A DNA stretch of 63,972 nucleotides from Octopus bimaculoides (lineage: Eukaryota): NCBI RefSeq assembly GCF_001194135.2, contig NC_068992.1, positions 54,062,713 to 54,126,684 on the forward strand, in the 5' to 3' direction. The notes beneath the pieces are model-generated. The model searched no databases. It was not told where the DNA came from and worked only from the letters and a program-made list of their open reading frames with translations. Each line of letters starts with the position of its first letter. The first letter of the stretch is position 1. A program made the translations under genes and the position numbers. This document shows positions 39,026 through 54,073 of this stretch, piece by piece.

Positions 39026-40404
39026 TCGGTATGTATATATGTAGGTATCAATTTATCTATCTTTCCTTTTAAAACACGTCTGCCCATTCCATTATCACAA
39101 TCCAATATGTAGTCTCAGTTGCTGCTGTATGTTAGTCAAAACAAATATTAAAAAATTGAGAATTACGGAAATACCATTTGCAGAGTTATATAACAAAACA
39201 GGAAATTGGAAGATTTTGGGTATTATTTATTCACCATTACACGTGTTTCTTTTTCTAATAGGATTTACAAACTTTGACATGTTAGGTAGATATGAAATGA
39301 ATTTCCTATTATAAATTCTTGAGAGAAATTGAATGATAGATAGATAGATTCGTCAAAACTGTTAAGAATGTGTTTTCATACAGTTTACGAAAATGGTTGA
39401 ACATAAAAACTACAGTATGAATGCATACACACACAAACATGCAAACTCGCACACACACGGAAACACATACACGGAAACACATACATACTTATATATATTC
39501 ATATATATTTGTATTTACATACACGCATATATATATACATATTCATATACGCTCGAGCGTGCACACACTGCTCATTTGAAGTCGGTCGCATGCGTTGAAC
39601 ATGGGCGTTTAATTATTTCGTCAGATTTCGAAAATCATTTCAATACATAAAGAGCTTGTCTTGAATGACATGTGATACAACTTCACTCGTTTTTTTGTTA
39701 TCCAAATATATGCAATTGGTCACTCTGCCTTAGTTTACTTCGATCATTAACTCATTTCTATTTTATACGCGCGCGCGCGCGCGCTATTTAGCCCTTGGGA
39801 AGAAGAAATGCCAGTAAGTCCACTATACAGACAGACTACATAACTTTCGTTATTGATAAGAATCTGTCAATTACATCGCTATTTTATTATTTTTATTTCG
39901 ACCACAGAAACTGCTAAACCACATCGCTTTGAACAGTCTTTCAAATCACGTAATATATTCTTAACTGTATGTATAGCAGATCATTAAATCTTAATGACTT
40001 TCTCACCAAATACTACTACTAAAGCATGCTTCTTCTTATCAGTTATATTATGGTTTCTCGAATGATTATTTTTTCTCTATTTTCTTATGAGTAGTCTCAG
40101 ACTAAAGCATATCTGAATATTAAATAAATGTTCGCGATTCGGCTAGTATTAATCACTCTCAGTTACTCACGCGTACACATGCACCATATTTACCTGTGTG
40201 TGTGTTTGTGTATGTGTGTATGTGCGCGTGCATATGTGCTTGCGTGTTTGTGTGGAGAAATATATATACAATTATATACGCTTATAGAATCATTTACACT
40301 CACATACACACATTTAAATCTCCCTACTTTATCTCTCATTTTCCTTCTCTTTCTCTCTCACTCTTTTCTCTCTTTCTTTCTCTCTCTCTCTCACACATGC
40401 ATAT

Positions 40405-40441
<37 letters not shown>

Positions 40442-42329
40442 AAGCTACACTAATGAAATCAAGCCAAAGAGTGATATTTTTAAATCATTTAATACACGTT
40501 TCATGTTTGCGTAATATGTATTACGGAAAGTATCTATTATGTAAACCTTCCTCAGTCAAAACATTTCAAAATATTCTTAGCGTAACATGAAATATGTATA
40601 TAGCTATGGATACTGTCAGCGGCCATGCACTAGAGGTCATTTATACATCAGTAAATTCCTTTATTCGAAGTTAAGCGGTAAATAAAGGATATGGGCTCAT
40701 TGAAAGTGATATATCGTTGTTGAAACCACCAACGACTAGATACGTCCTTAATATACCTGTAATTTATATTCGCCTCAGTTCAGACATTTGATCCATCCTC
40801 TTATTTCCTGAACCTCATTTCATCAATAACAAAGGGTTGTTGTTTATTAAATCAAAAGCTATCTAAGTATTGAATTTCTTAGTTTACTTCTGAGTTTAAA
40901 TCCCGCCGAGGTAAACTTTGTTTTTCATCCTTCCGAGGTCGATAAAATGAAGTATGTCAAGTACTGATATCAATGGTATCAACTAACCCATTTTCGTTAA
41001 AATTGCTGTTTTTGTTCATAAATTAGAAACCATTATTTAGCTTATGCCTTTAAGATTTGTGGCGTCTATAATATAAGTACGGGTTAATTGTTTGGGATTG
41101 ACAAAATCGACTGCACAATTCTACTGGAGTAGAAGTGTTATTAATTTAGATATGTCTATATTGTCAACGACAGACGAACTTTTTAAACTTGATACGGTAT
41201 TAGAAAGTTGACTAAAGATACCCGAATCAGTTGGCGAAAAGCTGCAAATCTAAGTATGGTACCTTAGTTTCACTTGTTCTTGTCCAATGAGAAAATTATC
41301 TGTCGTCCATCCATCGGCTTAAAAACGAAGCTAAGTAATGTCTTTATATGCTTTGGAAACACAAGAAGACATATACCTTATGCTACCTTATGCTACTCTA
41401 GATAACAGGTCTTGCAGCGATCGGTTCCACGACTTAGAAATGTATAAATTTGCTTTACACAACATTTGGTTATTGGCTGGAATCGCAAACCAGACGAATC
41501 GAGAGAAGAGCAGATGATTTTCAACCCTAGTGAGCAAGTATAATGCTGGTTATCGTGATAAAACATTTCCCCTTTACCGATATATACAATCTCTTTAAGC
41601 CATGTAAATTTAGGAATGTGTTAAAATATAGATTCTACATCGTCGATAAAGGAGATTTTTGCATCCAACCGAAGGTTGATAATTACCGTGAGGATTCAAA
41701 GAGATTGTTGTTCCGAATATAATGTGAAAATAGTCTTAAAAACTTCTCTTTGAGTTGATAACGTCAGAGAAATATTTTATCCAAAAGCTTAGCACTTTAC
41801 CGGAACCTTCAAAGATGGTTCAGTCTTTTTTCTTTCTCTTATATTAATGTGGAGGAAGATGAAGAAGAAGAAGAAATTAACATAAACACGTTGTAAAGTA
41901 CTTCTTGTCATAATCACTGCCGTAAATGGCCGAATCAATTATGTTGATAAAAAAGAGAAGCTATAAAATAGCAGTAATAATCGATAGCTAAAGTCGTTAC
42001 TAAAATACTTAACAAGCATGGAATTGTTAAAATCGATTTACTATTAGGAAATATGGCCATATGGTGCTGAATACATTTACAGCAAAGAATTCTTTCCTTC
42101 GCAAACCTTTCCTTTTCACTCAGTTTAGCTTCCTATCTTTCATCTTCTCTCTCACTGATTCAGTTTTACTCCTCTTCCTTAATTCTCTTACTGCATCCAT
42201 TGCTCTCCCTACCCCCATTTTGTTTTGGTATTCTCAGCACTCACATACTCACTACTCTTTTGCCCATTCTTTGTCAACCTTATGTTTGAGTTCCTCTATT
42301 TTTCTCTTTATATCTTTCTTCCCATACCT

Positions 42330-42372
<43 letters not shown>

Positions 42373-42597
42373 CACTTGTCTTTATTTTATATCCATTTCC
42401 AACCAAGCTGTCATTTCTCTCTATCAACCCTCCCTATCTTTATTCAGTCTTTTCGCAACACCTTCTCTGTTTCCTCCTCTCTCTCTCTCCCTTCTATCAC
42501 CCCTGTCATTCTGCAGGCTTAGTTCCCCTTTAACTTATTGATTTCTCATTGAAGAGAATTATCAATGATCTGTGGCCGTTGGTATCGAATACATCCC

Positions 42598-42636
<39 letters not shown>

Positions 42637-43346
42637 TATCTCTAGTAGTAGTAGTATTTTTTTTTTCTTTTCAATAATTGCTTTTCGTTTTCTTTTTTAC
42701 ATTGACATTATTATAACACGACATAAAGGAAACGGATAAGAAATCCGAGATCAAAGCGAAGTACCATGTGCTGATTCTTGTAAACTACATCAATTTTATA
42801 TTTAAGAACTAATTAAAAGCTTTCCGTTTTGTGTATATTAATTATGTTTTTAACAAGTTTAAGAAGGACAACGAGAGAATCAAACAAGTGAAACTGTAAC
42901 ATAATGTTAGCATATCTTGTTGAAATGGCGCCTACAAGACAAACAAAAGTGATAATTCGTCTGAAGTCTTGCCATGGATGGTAGTTGTTCGAAACAACAA
43001 GTGGTTTTGCTATGAAATCATTGTATGTTTTAGTAAATACACTTACATTCAGTAACAATGGGATATCGTTTGAAGTAGTGCAGTAAAGGAATGGAGAATC
43101 AACAGGATTAAGATTTTCGTGGGAATTTATCAGCAGCACGATGCTGTTTTTGTTTTATTCATTTCATTTATTCTTTTTTTTTATTTTTATAAACCCATCT
43201 TCGAAAAAAGAATTTGCTTTTAAATTGTAAAGCAAGCTGACATTCCTCAAATGTATTTCAACAGTCATCCAAGACATCATCATGTTCTCCTTCATCACCA
43301 TCATCATCATCATCTTCCACGTCGTCTTTGTCACCATAGACATAAC

Positions 43347-43383
<37 letters not shown>

Positions 43384-43554
43384 GTCATCATCATCATCAT
43401 CATCATCATCGTGTCACCACCACCACCACCACCATCAGAATGTCAGCTGTTTGATATGTCGATGCTTTCTTTTTATGCCAACACAGAAATTATTCCACTA
43501 CAGTGGTGCTCCCCGGGGTATTTCAATATTAGAAGGACACACAGAAGCGGAACA

Positions 43555-43756
43555 GATTTTGGTTTCAAATTTCGGCACAAGGCCAGTAATTTGGAGAAGA
43601 AGATAAGTCGATTACATCGATCCCAATGCCCAATTGGTACTTAATTTATAAGCTCCAGAAGACTGAAAAGCAAAGTCGCACTCGGCGGAATTTGAACGTA
43701 AAGACCGCTAAGCATTTTACCCGGCAAGGTAACGATTCTGCTAACTCGCCGCTTTA
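43555..43756 (-). mobile_element. Family A SINE (further copies at 40860-41035 +, 45490-45640 -, 49167-49375 +, 51890-52215 -, 53868-54036 -)
   Basis: Family A motifs. Confidence 0.8.
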
Positions 43757-45416
43757 AAAGTGAAACAAATATTGCGAGGCGTTTCTCTCAGAATTCCAAC
43801 AGTGCAGTACCTGGACTGGTGTTTTATTCAAACGACTCCGAACAGATGGAAAGTAAAACTGGCCCAGATGTGATATGAATTAAGTGTGTAGATCGCCGGA
43901 ATATAACCCGTCCTCACTGCATGTTAATTTGCTGCTTCTTTTTATTTCTTAGAGAGGGTTGGGATTCAGCCCGAAACCCCAAAATAGACCTCCCCTTAAG
44001 ACACACAATCTATTAATTTTATAAGTGTAATCATTTGTCTTTGTCGTGGCAGAACATCACTAGTTTCTTCGGAATCGTTTTCTTTTTTTTCTTCAATGTT
44101 AATCATTAAAGTCAGTATTTCCCAGAAATCCATATATTTAGTGAAAAAGTACTCAATCACTGATCCATAGCATTAAACAAATAAATCAATGATATACCCG
44201 GGTTTCTAATACCAGTATATTACAGATAATATCTCAGCAAAATCTTTCATGTTTACCTATTCCTTAACACTTTAGCATTCAGTTTATTCTGTGGAGTATA
44301 ATGCATATTTATTCACATTGTTTTGAATTAAAAACGCATTAGCTCGTAACTTCAAGATTTCGATCATCTAATCGTTTATTTTTAGAATGATGCTGTAAAG
44401 TATAGCTATGAAAAGCTGGATGTGGCCGGCAGAATATTTGGGCCAAATATGGCTGGCTTTAAAGCTGTGTTGGATAATTATTCTAACCGTAAAATACAAT
44501 GGAGTAACAGTTATTTATTTAAATTTATGTCTGATGCGAAATAGCAAAATACATTTAGTAAATTTTCGTTTCGTTAACGAGAGATTGACTGATCACTGCG
44601 TGCAACTCTGACATCTCTTGCAAGATATTGAGATAGGTGCAGCACAATTATTCTCTTTTGATGAGAAATCAAGCGTATCATATGGAAAAATTCAAGAAGC
44701 GTCATCTTAACCACTAAACAAAATGGAAGTAGACTACAATGCGGCCAATAGATTTGTGTCAATAAAAGACACAGAGAGAATAGACGATTTGTTTTGTCTA
44801 TTGCTTGTAATGTTTTCTATTGACCTTGAGCTTTCACTATTGTTTGTCGATATATAATTATTTCTGATCAAAGGGAGACGTTGTGAACTCTTCGACTTAA
44901 GTCTCATGAGATAAGTTTGTTACTTGTCTGTGACATTGCGCTGTATCTTTGTCTAACAATAACAAGATAAATAATAGAAGTAAAGTTAATGCTGCGTCTA
45001 GTGATTAAACATAATTAAAAAAAAACGAGACAACGAAGAAAGCTCTACGCAAATAAACAAGCGGTTCTACTACACAACCACTCGACTTACTAGTACTAGC
45101 AGCTAAATTTTATTTAAATGACACCCTGTTGTCTAAACAATTGCATTCGTTCTGCTTACTCTGAACTGATTAGGAACTGGACAAGATAAAAACTATCAGC
45201 ACACTGAAACAGAACGTACCGAAGGTTTCAAGCAAACTATACCTTCCTTACTACAATTACGAGACAAACGGATTTACTGTATGGTATACTAATACAGTAT
45301 GTAGTACAAATAAAAAGACCTGCGTTCGATTCGTACCTTGCTATTTTCTACTTTTACGAGTTACATTTATTTTTCTGCATTTTCACTTTAAAGCATACAT
45401 ACCTGCATACATGTAT

Positions 45417-45485
<69 letters not shown>

Positions 45486-45900
45486 CATTGTTCAAGTGGT
45501 ATTTATTTTATCGACCGCGAAAGGATGAAAAGCAAAGTCAACCTCGAGGAAATTTTAACTCAGAAAGTAAAGACGGACAAGAAGCCGTTTAGCATTTTGT
45601 CCGGCGTGCTAAAGATTCTGCCAGCTGAACACCTTACCTACATTAGATATTGATGGTGATAGAAGGAAGCCGGTCAGCGTGATGAGGTAACATGTAATCC
45701 GTTAGATTACAGATCAGCCTGCTTATCATGCATATTAATGTAGTTTAATTTTAGCCCGACTGTGGTAGTCTAAGCAGATGATGGCACACGAAAGCGTTAG
45801 TTTCACTATTGGAAAGACTCTATAATTGTGCATGGGAGTCAATGGTGAATTTTTCTTCTGTGCTATCAGCTGGTAATGGTTTCTAGTTATTAACATATAA

Positions 45901-45943
<43 letters not shown>

Positions 45944-46175
45944 TTGTGTGTGAGTAGTCAAAGCTACATATGTATCTTTAAACCCAAGTGATAATAAGGT
46001 TTTAGCGAATATTATAATGATAGCCTTTTGTTTTGGGGAATATTATAATGACAATGGGAATATTATAATAATATACAATATAACTTAGAATTCTAAAAGG
46101 TATAATTTACTATTTGAATATGTAAAATATCATCGCAAAGATTTCTCTTTCTCTCTCTCTCTCTCCATCTCTCTT

Positions 46176-46228
<53 letters not shown>

Positions 46229-47424
46229 ATGTATGTATGTATGTATATATGTATATGTATGAAACAGAGGAGAGAGCGCTTCATATGTCGATAGAGAAAT
46301 ACACATATATGTATATTACTTATTGAGAGGAGGAGAGAGGGAGAGAGTAAAATACGTGTGTGCACACGCGTGTGTGAGTGTATGCAGAAGTAGAGATGAC
46401 AAAAAAGTAACAAATGCATTTTAAAAATATACAGATGTAAATATATATATATATAAATGTGTGTGTGTGTTTGTATATATACATGTATTAAGAAGCGTGT
46501 GCGTAAAAAACAATGTATGCCATATGTAAGTATGAAACTAAATATACGGTAATACATATATAAAACAATATGACATCTGCTTTAGTTATTATTTCTCTAA
46601 TAACCGTTGTTTTGCGAAATCATAGGCAATAAATAATATGCATCAAACATTAACATATATATATATATATTTAAAGTAATCGATAATTCATAAACCCTGT
46701 AAGTGGGAGCCAGCATTGAAAGATCTCTTCACAATATTTACTATATCTACAGGATGCTAATTATCAGTTAGGTTCTAAACAAAGATATGCAATAAAACTT
46801 TCGGCGGGATCTGGTAGGAGATATTATTAATACATTTTCAGCAGATTTAAATATGGATGGTTTGCATTCTCGTTTATGCTTGCTCCGTTGATTTTTAATA
46901 TTTTTATCTTGTCATTTCTTATTTTTCTTATTTATATTATATTTTACTTATTATATTACGTTATTTTACATTTTCTAATATTTCAGTGTCATTATTTTGA
47001 CATGTTGTTTAATTTTACGTTTGCAATTCCAATTCCCTTTTCGGCTATTTCAAGCCTCAACAAGTTTATTGAAAATATAAAGCTGTGTTCAAATGTTACA
47101 GAATGACATTATTGAAGAATTAAAACTAATTTAATGCGTTTGTTGATAAACGAGGAGCAAGATTTTCTTAGATATTAACATTATCCTCCATTTAATAAAA
47201 TTATGCAATCAATGCTTAATGAGCTGGATGATAAATTAGAGTTAACCATGACTTTTTACAAAAAATGCTTTTACACAATTTTTCTTTTTTAATGAGATGG
47301 ATGTTTTTCGATATGTGATTCGCAAAACATCGATGATAAACAATCGGTAGCTGTCATAAATATGATGATATCACCACAGAGACACGCTTTGAGTCCGTTC
47401 AAATATATTAATTTTCCAGGTTAA

Positions 47425-47589
47425 GGTGCCCCTAAGCCTAAGTGATTAAGAAATTTGCTTCCCAACCAGATGATTTCTGTTTCAATCCCACTGCGTAGTA
47501 CCTTGGGCCAGTGTCTTCTATGGTAGCTTTCGACTCACCAAAGCCTTATAACTGGATTTCTTAAACGAATACTACAAGAATCCGACCAT

Positions 47590-47630
<41 letters not shown>

Positions 47631-47684
47631 NNNNNNNNNNNNNNNNNNNNNNNNNNNNNNNNNNNNNNNNNNNNNNNNNNNNNN

Positions 47685-47752
<68 letters not shown>

Positions 47753-48181
47753 CACACACATATTATTCTTTTACTTGTTACATTCATTTGGCTGCGACCA
47801 TGCTGAAGCACCACATTTAGTCGAAAAAATCGCCACCAGGACTTATTCTTTGTAAGCCTTGTACTCATTGTATCGATCAATTTTGCCGAACCGCTACGTT
47901 ACAGGGACGAGGACACACCAATGTCGGTGGTCAAGCGATGATTGGGGGACAAACAGACTCACAAATATATACACATATGCATGCATATATATATATATAC
48001 ATACATGTATCTATATACGACGGGCTTCTTTAAATTTTCGTCAACTAAGTTTACTCACAAGCCTTTGGTCGGCCCGAGGCTATAGCTGAAGACACTTGTA
48101 CAAGGTGCCATGCAGTAGGACTGAACCCGGAACCATGTAGTTGGGAAGCAAGCTTCAAAAAATACAGCTACACCTGCGCCT
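47425..48181. mobile_element. Two convergent family B SINE copies: + head at 47425-47585 and - near-full copy at 47768-48181
   Basis: Similarity to the other family B copies; separated by (CA)n, N gap and (CT)n. Confidence 0.8.
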
Positions 48182-48638
48182 GTGGTTGTACATACATATG
48201 TATGTATGTATATATATTTATATACATATATATATATGTATTTATGTATGTATATACATACATACGTGTGTGTGTGACCTTGTATGTGTGCTTGCATGAG
48301 TGAGTGTGCACATGTTTGTGTTTTCTTGTCTCCACATTCAATGATTAGTGTAAATGAGCATCACTGCCATGCAAGCAATATAATTTATTTCCAATATTCT
48401 GCAAAAATTTGTCTGGCCGTGGGAAAATATTATCTTGCTTGGCAGCCGGTAATGTTTGACGCAAATCTTATCAGATCATAGAAATTCTACCTTAATAAAC
48501 TCTCTTCGACCCATGCAGTCAAGGAAAAGTGACCGTTAACATAGCTACGATGATGATGATGATGAGGGTGGTGACGACGATGATGATAGTAACGATAAAA
48601 ATGATGAGAACGAAGAAGAAGAAGAAGAAGAAGAAGAA

Positions 48639-48775
48639 ATGTATTATAATCGGCATATTAGTTTCAATAGATGAGAACGTATTGCTAAAAGAAATGGGAA
48701 AATATTCGAAAAACAAAGATCTGGAAATAGACCCGAATGCGGAACCTAAAGACAGAAAAAAATTCTTATGATAAG
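48639..48775 (+). mobile_element. Short, highly decayed R4/Dong RLE fragment
   Basis: CIIIGILVSIDENVLLKEMGKYSKNKDLEID, then frameshift to RMRNLKTEKIL; aligns by eye with CTQIDVSVPTDKNISVKEFDK*SKYKDLEIEIKKIWRLKTRTV of the 54073 copy. Confidence 0.6.
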
Positions 48776-51065
48776 AAAAGAACATACAGACAAACACATA
48801 AACAAAATACAAAGACTTATGAATTTATATAACATACAAAAAAAACAATATTGCTAGGCAGTGTGCAAATCCTGCGTAAAGCACTTTCAATATACTGAAA
48901 ATACTATCACGAAAACAAACCACTGCACATACCCAAGGCACAACGAGTTGAACTCGTTACTGCAGTGAAAAAACATAATAAAAATAAAACTGAATAATAA
49001 TAATGTTTATTTTCTGAATAAGATGAAGTCAGTCTTCCATCAAATTTCAATCATTTATTTTGTGATGAGTGTTTCCCATAGGCGTTATAAGAGGTTGATA
49101 TGGATTTCATATCTGTGAATAATTCACAAAAAGCGCCTCAGCTTGGAAATTGGATGTTTGTAACATTGGCGAGTTGCCAGAATCTTTAACACGAGAGTGC
49201 AGAATGCTTAGCGGTTTCTCGACCGTCTTTACTTTCTGAGCTCAAATCCCACCAAGGTCGACCTTGACTTTCGGGGTCGATAAAGTAAGTACCAGATCAG
49301 TGCTGGGGTCGATGTAATCAACTTAGATCCTCTTCTGAATTTGCTGGTCTTGTGCCAAAATTTGGAGTAAATATTATGTAGAAAGGGACCAACAGGTAAT
49401 GAAGCCCAGATTTATATACCTGTAGATAATTAAAGATAGTTCGATGGAAGATTTATCAATATGAATCAAGAAATTCGATGAATTGATCGGCTTGTGTAAT
49501 AAAACACGGGTTTCTTTTTATAATATAGAACACAATGGCAATGACGTAACTGAAAATTGTATTTCAAAAATGTTTTATAAGGTCAGAAATAATGGAATGA
49601 CGGGTCAGTGAAACTTAACATTGGAAATCTGATTCGTAGGCATTTTTAATTAATTAAAGATCTGTTAAATAATGAAGACCAGTTTGATGTCTGATATAAT
49701 TTTTTTTTTCTTTTTGATAGGAAATTAAAAATGGCTTCGTGTGCGCAAACATTGTGTGAATATTATTCGTTCGGACACAATTATCGAGTTTTATGTGCTA
49801 GCTTCATATCAAAGAATTATAGTACAATCGACTGCTAACTTATTTTAAATATAGGTGAAGGCGTGGCCGTGCAGTAAAAAGTTTACTTTTCAACCACATG
49901 GTTCCGGTTTCACTCAGTCTACCTGCCTAAAACCACCGTTGTCATCTTCATTGTCATCATGGGGTTGAAGGTGGTGACCGTGGAGATCACGATGATGACG
50001 ATGGTGGTGGTGGTGCGTGTGAGAAAGACAGTGATGATCATGATCATAGTGATGATGATGATGATGATAGTGGTGTTGCTGCTGCTACTACTGTAGGAGA
50101 TGATGATGATGATGATGATGATGAGAGGCTACACTGCTTTATGTACTCTTCTCTACTTGAGATGATAACGAATGATTTCAGGAAGATTTCACTGCTATTT
50201 TCAGAAGTTCCAATATCCGCTTAGTGGTAGAAGAAGAAGAAGATGGAAAAAGAAGAGGAAGATGGAAGAAGAAGAGGAAGAAGATGATGGAAGAAGAGAA
50301 AGAAGATAAAGAAAGAGGGAGTAGAAGAAGGATATGAACAGCAAGAACAAGATCAAGAACAACAATATCCAATAGAATAAGAAGCAGAAGAATGTCTGGC
50401 TGTTCCAAATATAATAGAGAGAATTTGTTATGATAAGTGAGTGGTGATAGGCAGGGTGTAGCTGGTATGTAGATGTGGGAGGGGTGTTTCAATCATCAAG
50501 ACTTCCTTAGCCTTAGACATTAGGGCCCAATTGTTATTTTACAGAACGGCACAGTGAAATCACTTCACACGCTACTTAAATATACATTGTATTGCAGCAC
50601 TTAACGATGAGAAGCGGGGGTAGATATGGAGAGATGTGGANNNNNNNNNNNNNNNNNNNNNNNNNNNNNNNNNNNNNNNNNNNNNNNNNNNNNNNNNNNN
50701 NNNNNNNNNNNNNNNNNNNNNNNNNNNNNNNNNNNNNNNNNNNNNNNNNNNNNNNNNNNNNNNNNNNNNNNNNNNNNNNNNNNNNNNNNNNNNNNNNNNN
50801 NNNNNNNNNNNNNNNNNNNNNNNNNNNNNNNNNNNNNNNNNNNNNNNNNNNNNNNNNNNNNNNNNNNNNNNNNNNNNNNNNNNNNNNNNNNNNNNNNNNN
50901 NNNNNNNNNNNNNNNNNNNNNNNNNNNNNNNNNNNNNNNNNNNNNNNNNNNNNNNNNNNNNNNNNNNNNNNNNNNNNNNNNNNNNNNNNNNNNNNNNNNN
51001 NNNNNNNNNNNNNNNNNNNNNNNNNNNNNNNNNNNNNNNNNNNNNNNNNNNNNNNATATATATAT

Positions 51066-51245
51066 ACTCTTTTACTTGTTTCAGTCATTTGACTACGGCC
51101 ATGCTGGAGCACCGCCTTTAGTCGAGCAAATCGACCCCCAGGACTTATTCTTTGGAAGCCTAATACTTATTCTATCGTTCTCTTTTGCCGAACCGCTAGG
51201 ATACGGGGACGTAAACACACCACCATCTGTTGTCAAGCGATACTG
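51066..51245 (-). mobile_element. SINE family B 3' half; remainder probably in the adjacent N gap
   Basis: CTTTTACTTGTTTCAGTCATTTGACTACGGCCATGCTGGAGCACCGCC, closely matching the other copies. Confidence 0.85.
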
Positions 51246-52482
51246 GAATGATCTCTCCCGAAGCAGATAACGCTGTTTATATAATAGCGTGTAACTATAT
51301 TGTTTCTACGTGTGTGTGTGTGTGTGTGTGTGTACTGTTGGTAGAATATAAATACGTTTCATTCAGTTAATGGGATACAAAATGTCTATAATTATGAGTT
51401 TCATGAAACACTTATGTGTATACTGCTCTTTAATACACAATCAAACATTCTCGGTGGAATTACATTGCAAACAACCACCAAATATAGGACAAAAATATGT
51501 TATTCCAATTAACCTGTTGTACTTGAGATCCTGCTCTCTCCTGATTCCTTCTTATTTCAATTTCCCATCCAGAAACACGAACACAGATCCTTGATAAATC
51601 AGAAAACTTCCATAACAAGAATATCACAAAATACTATACTCCTTCCACATGATTCTCAAAATCACACATGCTTACATCAAATACCACCACGCACCGTCCA
51701 TCATTTCCCAATCATTCTCATAATCTACCTTAACCATCATACTCCTCATTCTTCCTCGCCAACAGAAACTCTAATAATACTCAAGTGAAACAGCCGTTGA
51801 TTTTATACTATGAGACAGACCCTACCTCAATATATTACTACATAATTACAGCACCTTTTGATGCATAACTATTTCTTAGTTAGGAGCAAATCCAGAAAAT
51901 TTTAGGGATTCGAATTAGTTGGTGCCGTCGACTCTGGTACTTCATTGATACTTTAATTTATCAACCGCAGAGGTATGAAAGATAAAGTAGACCTCGGTAT
52001 GATGTTCAATATAAAACACTGCAAAGAATTTGCTTTGAACTCTATTATTACTCTGCCTATCCTCCGACATTTGTACTTCTAATAATCATTTCTGGTTAAG
52101 GCACAAGATTTCTGAATTGGGGTTACTCAATGCTTTGGATTTCAGTACCTGAGGGATACACTTCGACTCCGGTGGGCTAAAATGTAAAGCTGAACTTGGC
52201 GATATTTGAACTTAATACTTGTTGATACGTAATAAATCATAAATTGCACTGAACTTTACAGTGTAACTTATTTAATAAACGGGCGATCACTGATGCAGAA
52301 ATACTACATCGGACTTAACATATGTATAGGCAAAACTGCTGAGAATTCACATAGTCCGTGTAAGCTATATCATGTTTATTTCCTGAAACACGCTTTAGAA
52401 ATGAAGTAACATGGTTTACTTTTACACGTTCTCGAGCAGCAACAAGCCGATGTGACAAATTACACGTTCACACCACTAATGC

Positions 52483-52583
<101 letters not shown>

Positions 52584-52808
52584 TACAAACTTGCGCACAC
52601 ATATTTACATTATACAATCAGGTTTTTTCAGTTCTTGCCTTGTAGAACCACTCACAAGATTTTGGTTGTTCTAGGGCTGTATGTATCTTATATACATATA
52701 AATACACCCGTATAGATACCCACATCTACACGCCTATATCTATTTACATGAACATATAAATATATACATACCTATATACACATATCTTTGTCTCTCTACC
52801 TCTCTCTC

Positions 52809-52853
<45 letters not shown>

Positions 52854-54036
52854 ATAACTGGCTATGTTAGTTGCATTTCCATGCAAAGAAAGACAGGGGG
52901 AGAAAGAATGGAAGAGAGAGAGAGAGAGATAAGTATGCAGAACGGGGGTAAATGTACTCATGAGAGTGAAGGAGCTAATAGCAAAAATAATTACAAGGTT
53001 GGTGAAGCTCCTCATTTTACAATAGAATCATGGAATTGATAAAGAAGTCATATAAAATTTATTACCAGTCTTTTTTATTACAGGGGAGATAAATAAGATA
53101 AATGCAATCGAAATTTCTAGTGTGTAACTAAGCAGAATCGAGGATTACGAGAGGGAAGGAAGATTTACCCTGATGCTACTTGCAGCTTAGTTTGATTCCT
53201 TACATATTACTAGGTGGAGAAAAGGAATGTTTAAGATAATACTCTATAGGAGGTTGTTTATTACAGCCATTGAATAAAAAATATAAAGACACTCAAGATA
53301 TAAGAACGTTAGCTATGAGCAATGCCTACATATGAAAATGGTACAAATTTACGTGGCATTTCAAGTAAAGTGAAACAGAAAGATGCCATGAGAACACAAG
53401 TAAAGAAGAAGGGTGGTCTGTAACACAAATATCATGTTACAAATATTTCACAGAAAAAGCGTACAAATATTTACCCGCTTATCTCTTCTAATGACAAATA
53501 CCTCTTGGGAAAATTTTGCTAGATTATTTCATAGTCTAGCGCATACTGTTCCGTTTCACTTTAGCTACTTATCTCGATGTGAATGAAGGTAGACGAGAGC
53601 TGCGTGGGATTAACACAACAACACTTCCGATTATAATTTACCTGATTACGTCTGTCATTTTGCAAACAGTGAAATGCTTGAGGTTCACCTGAGATATATA
53701 TCAAACTAAATATCTTGACAATTTAATCCAGGAACCATTTCGTTTAAATTACCAACTTCCTGTGCATATAACACGGTGAAAAAAATGGGACATCGTCAAA
53801 CATGTTTTAGTTATTTTCACTAATCATCAAGAGATTTTTTTTAAATTCTTGCTTATTTCGAAGGAGGATGGCAGTCAATTACATTGTCTCCAGTATTTGA
53901 TTTTTACTTTATTTTAACAACCCTGAAATGGTAAAAGTCGAAGCTGATTTCAACGAGATTTGAACTCACAATGTGAAGAGGTGGGAGAAATGTTCTAAGC
54001 ATTTTGTCCAACATGCTAACAATTCTGCGAACTCAC

Positions 54037-54072
<36 letters not shown>

Positions 54073-54073
<1 letters not shown>

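Noticed and set aside
51440-51790. Possible decayed RT/RLE coding relic on the minus strand (VDYENDWEMM, RCVVVFDVSMCDFEN)
   Set aside because: Motif resemblance is weak, spread over different frames and broken by many stops; not supportable without a profile search.
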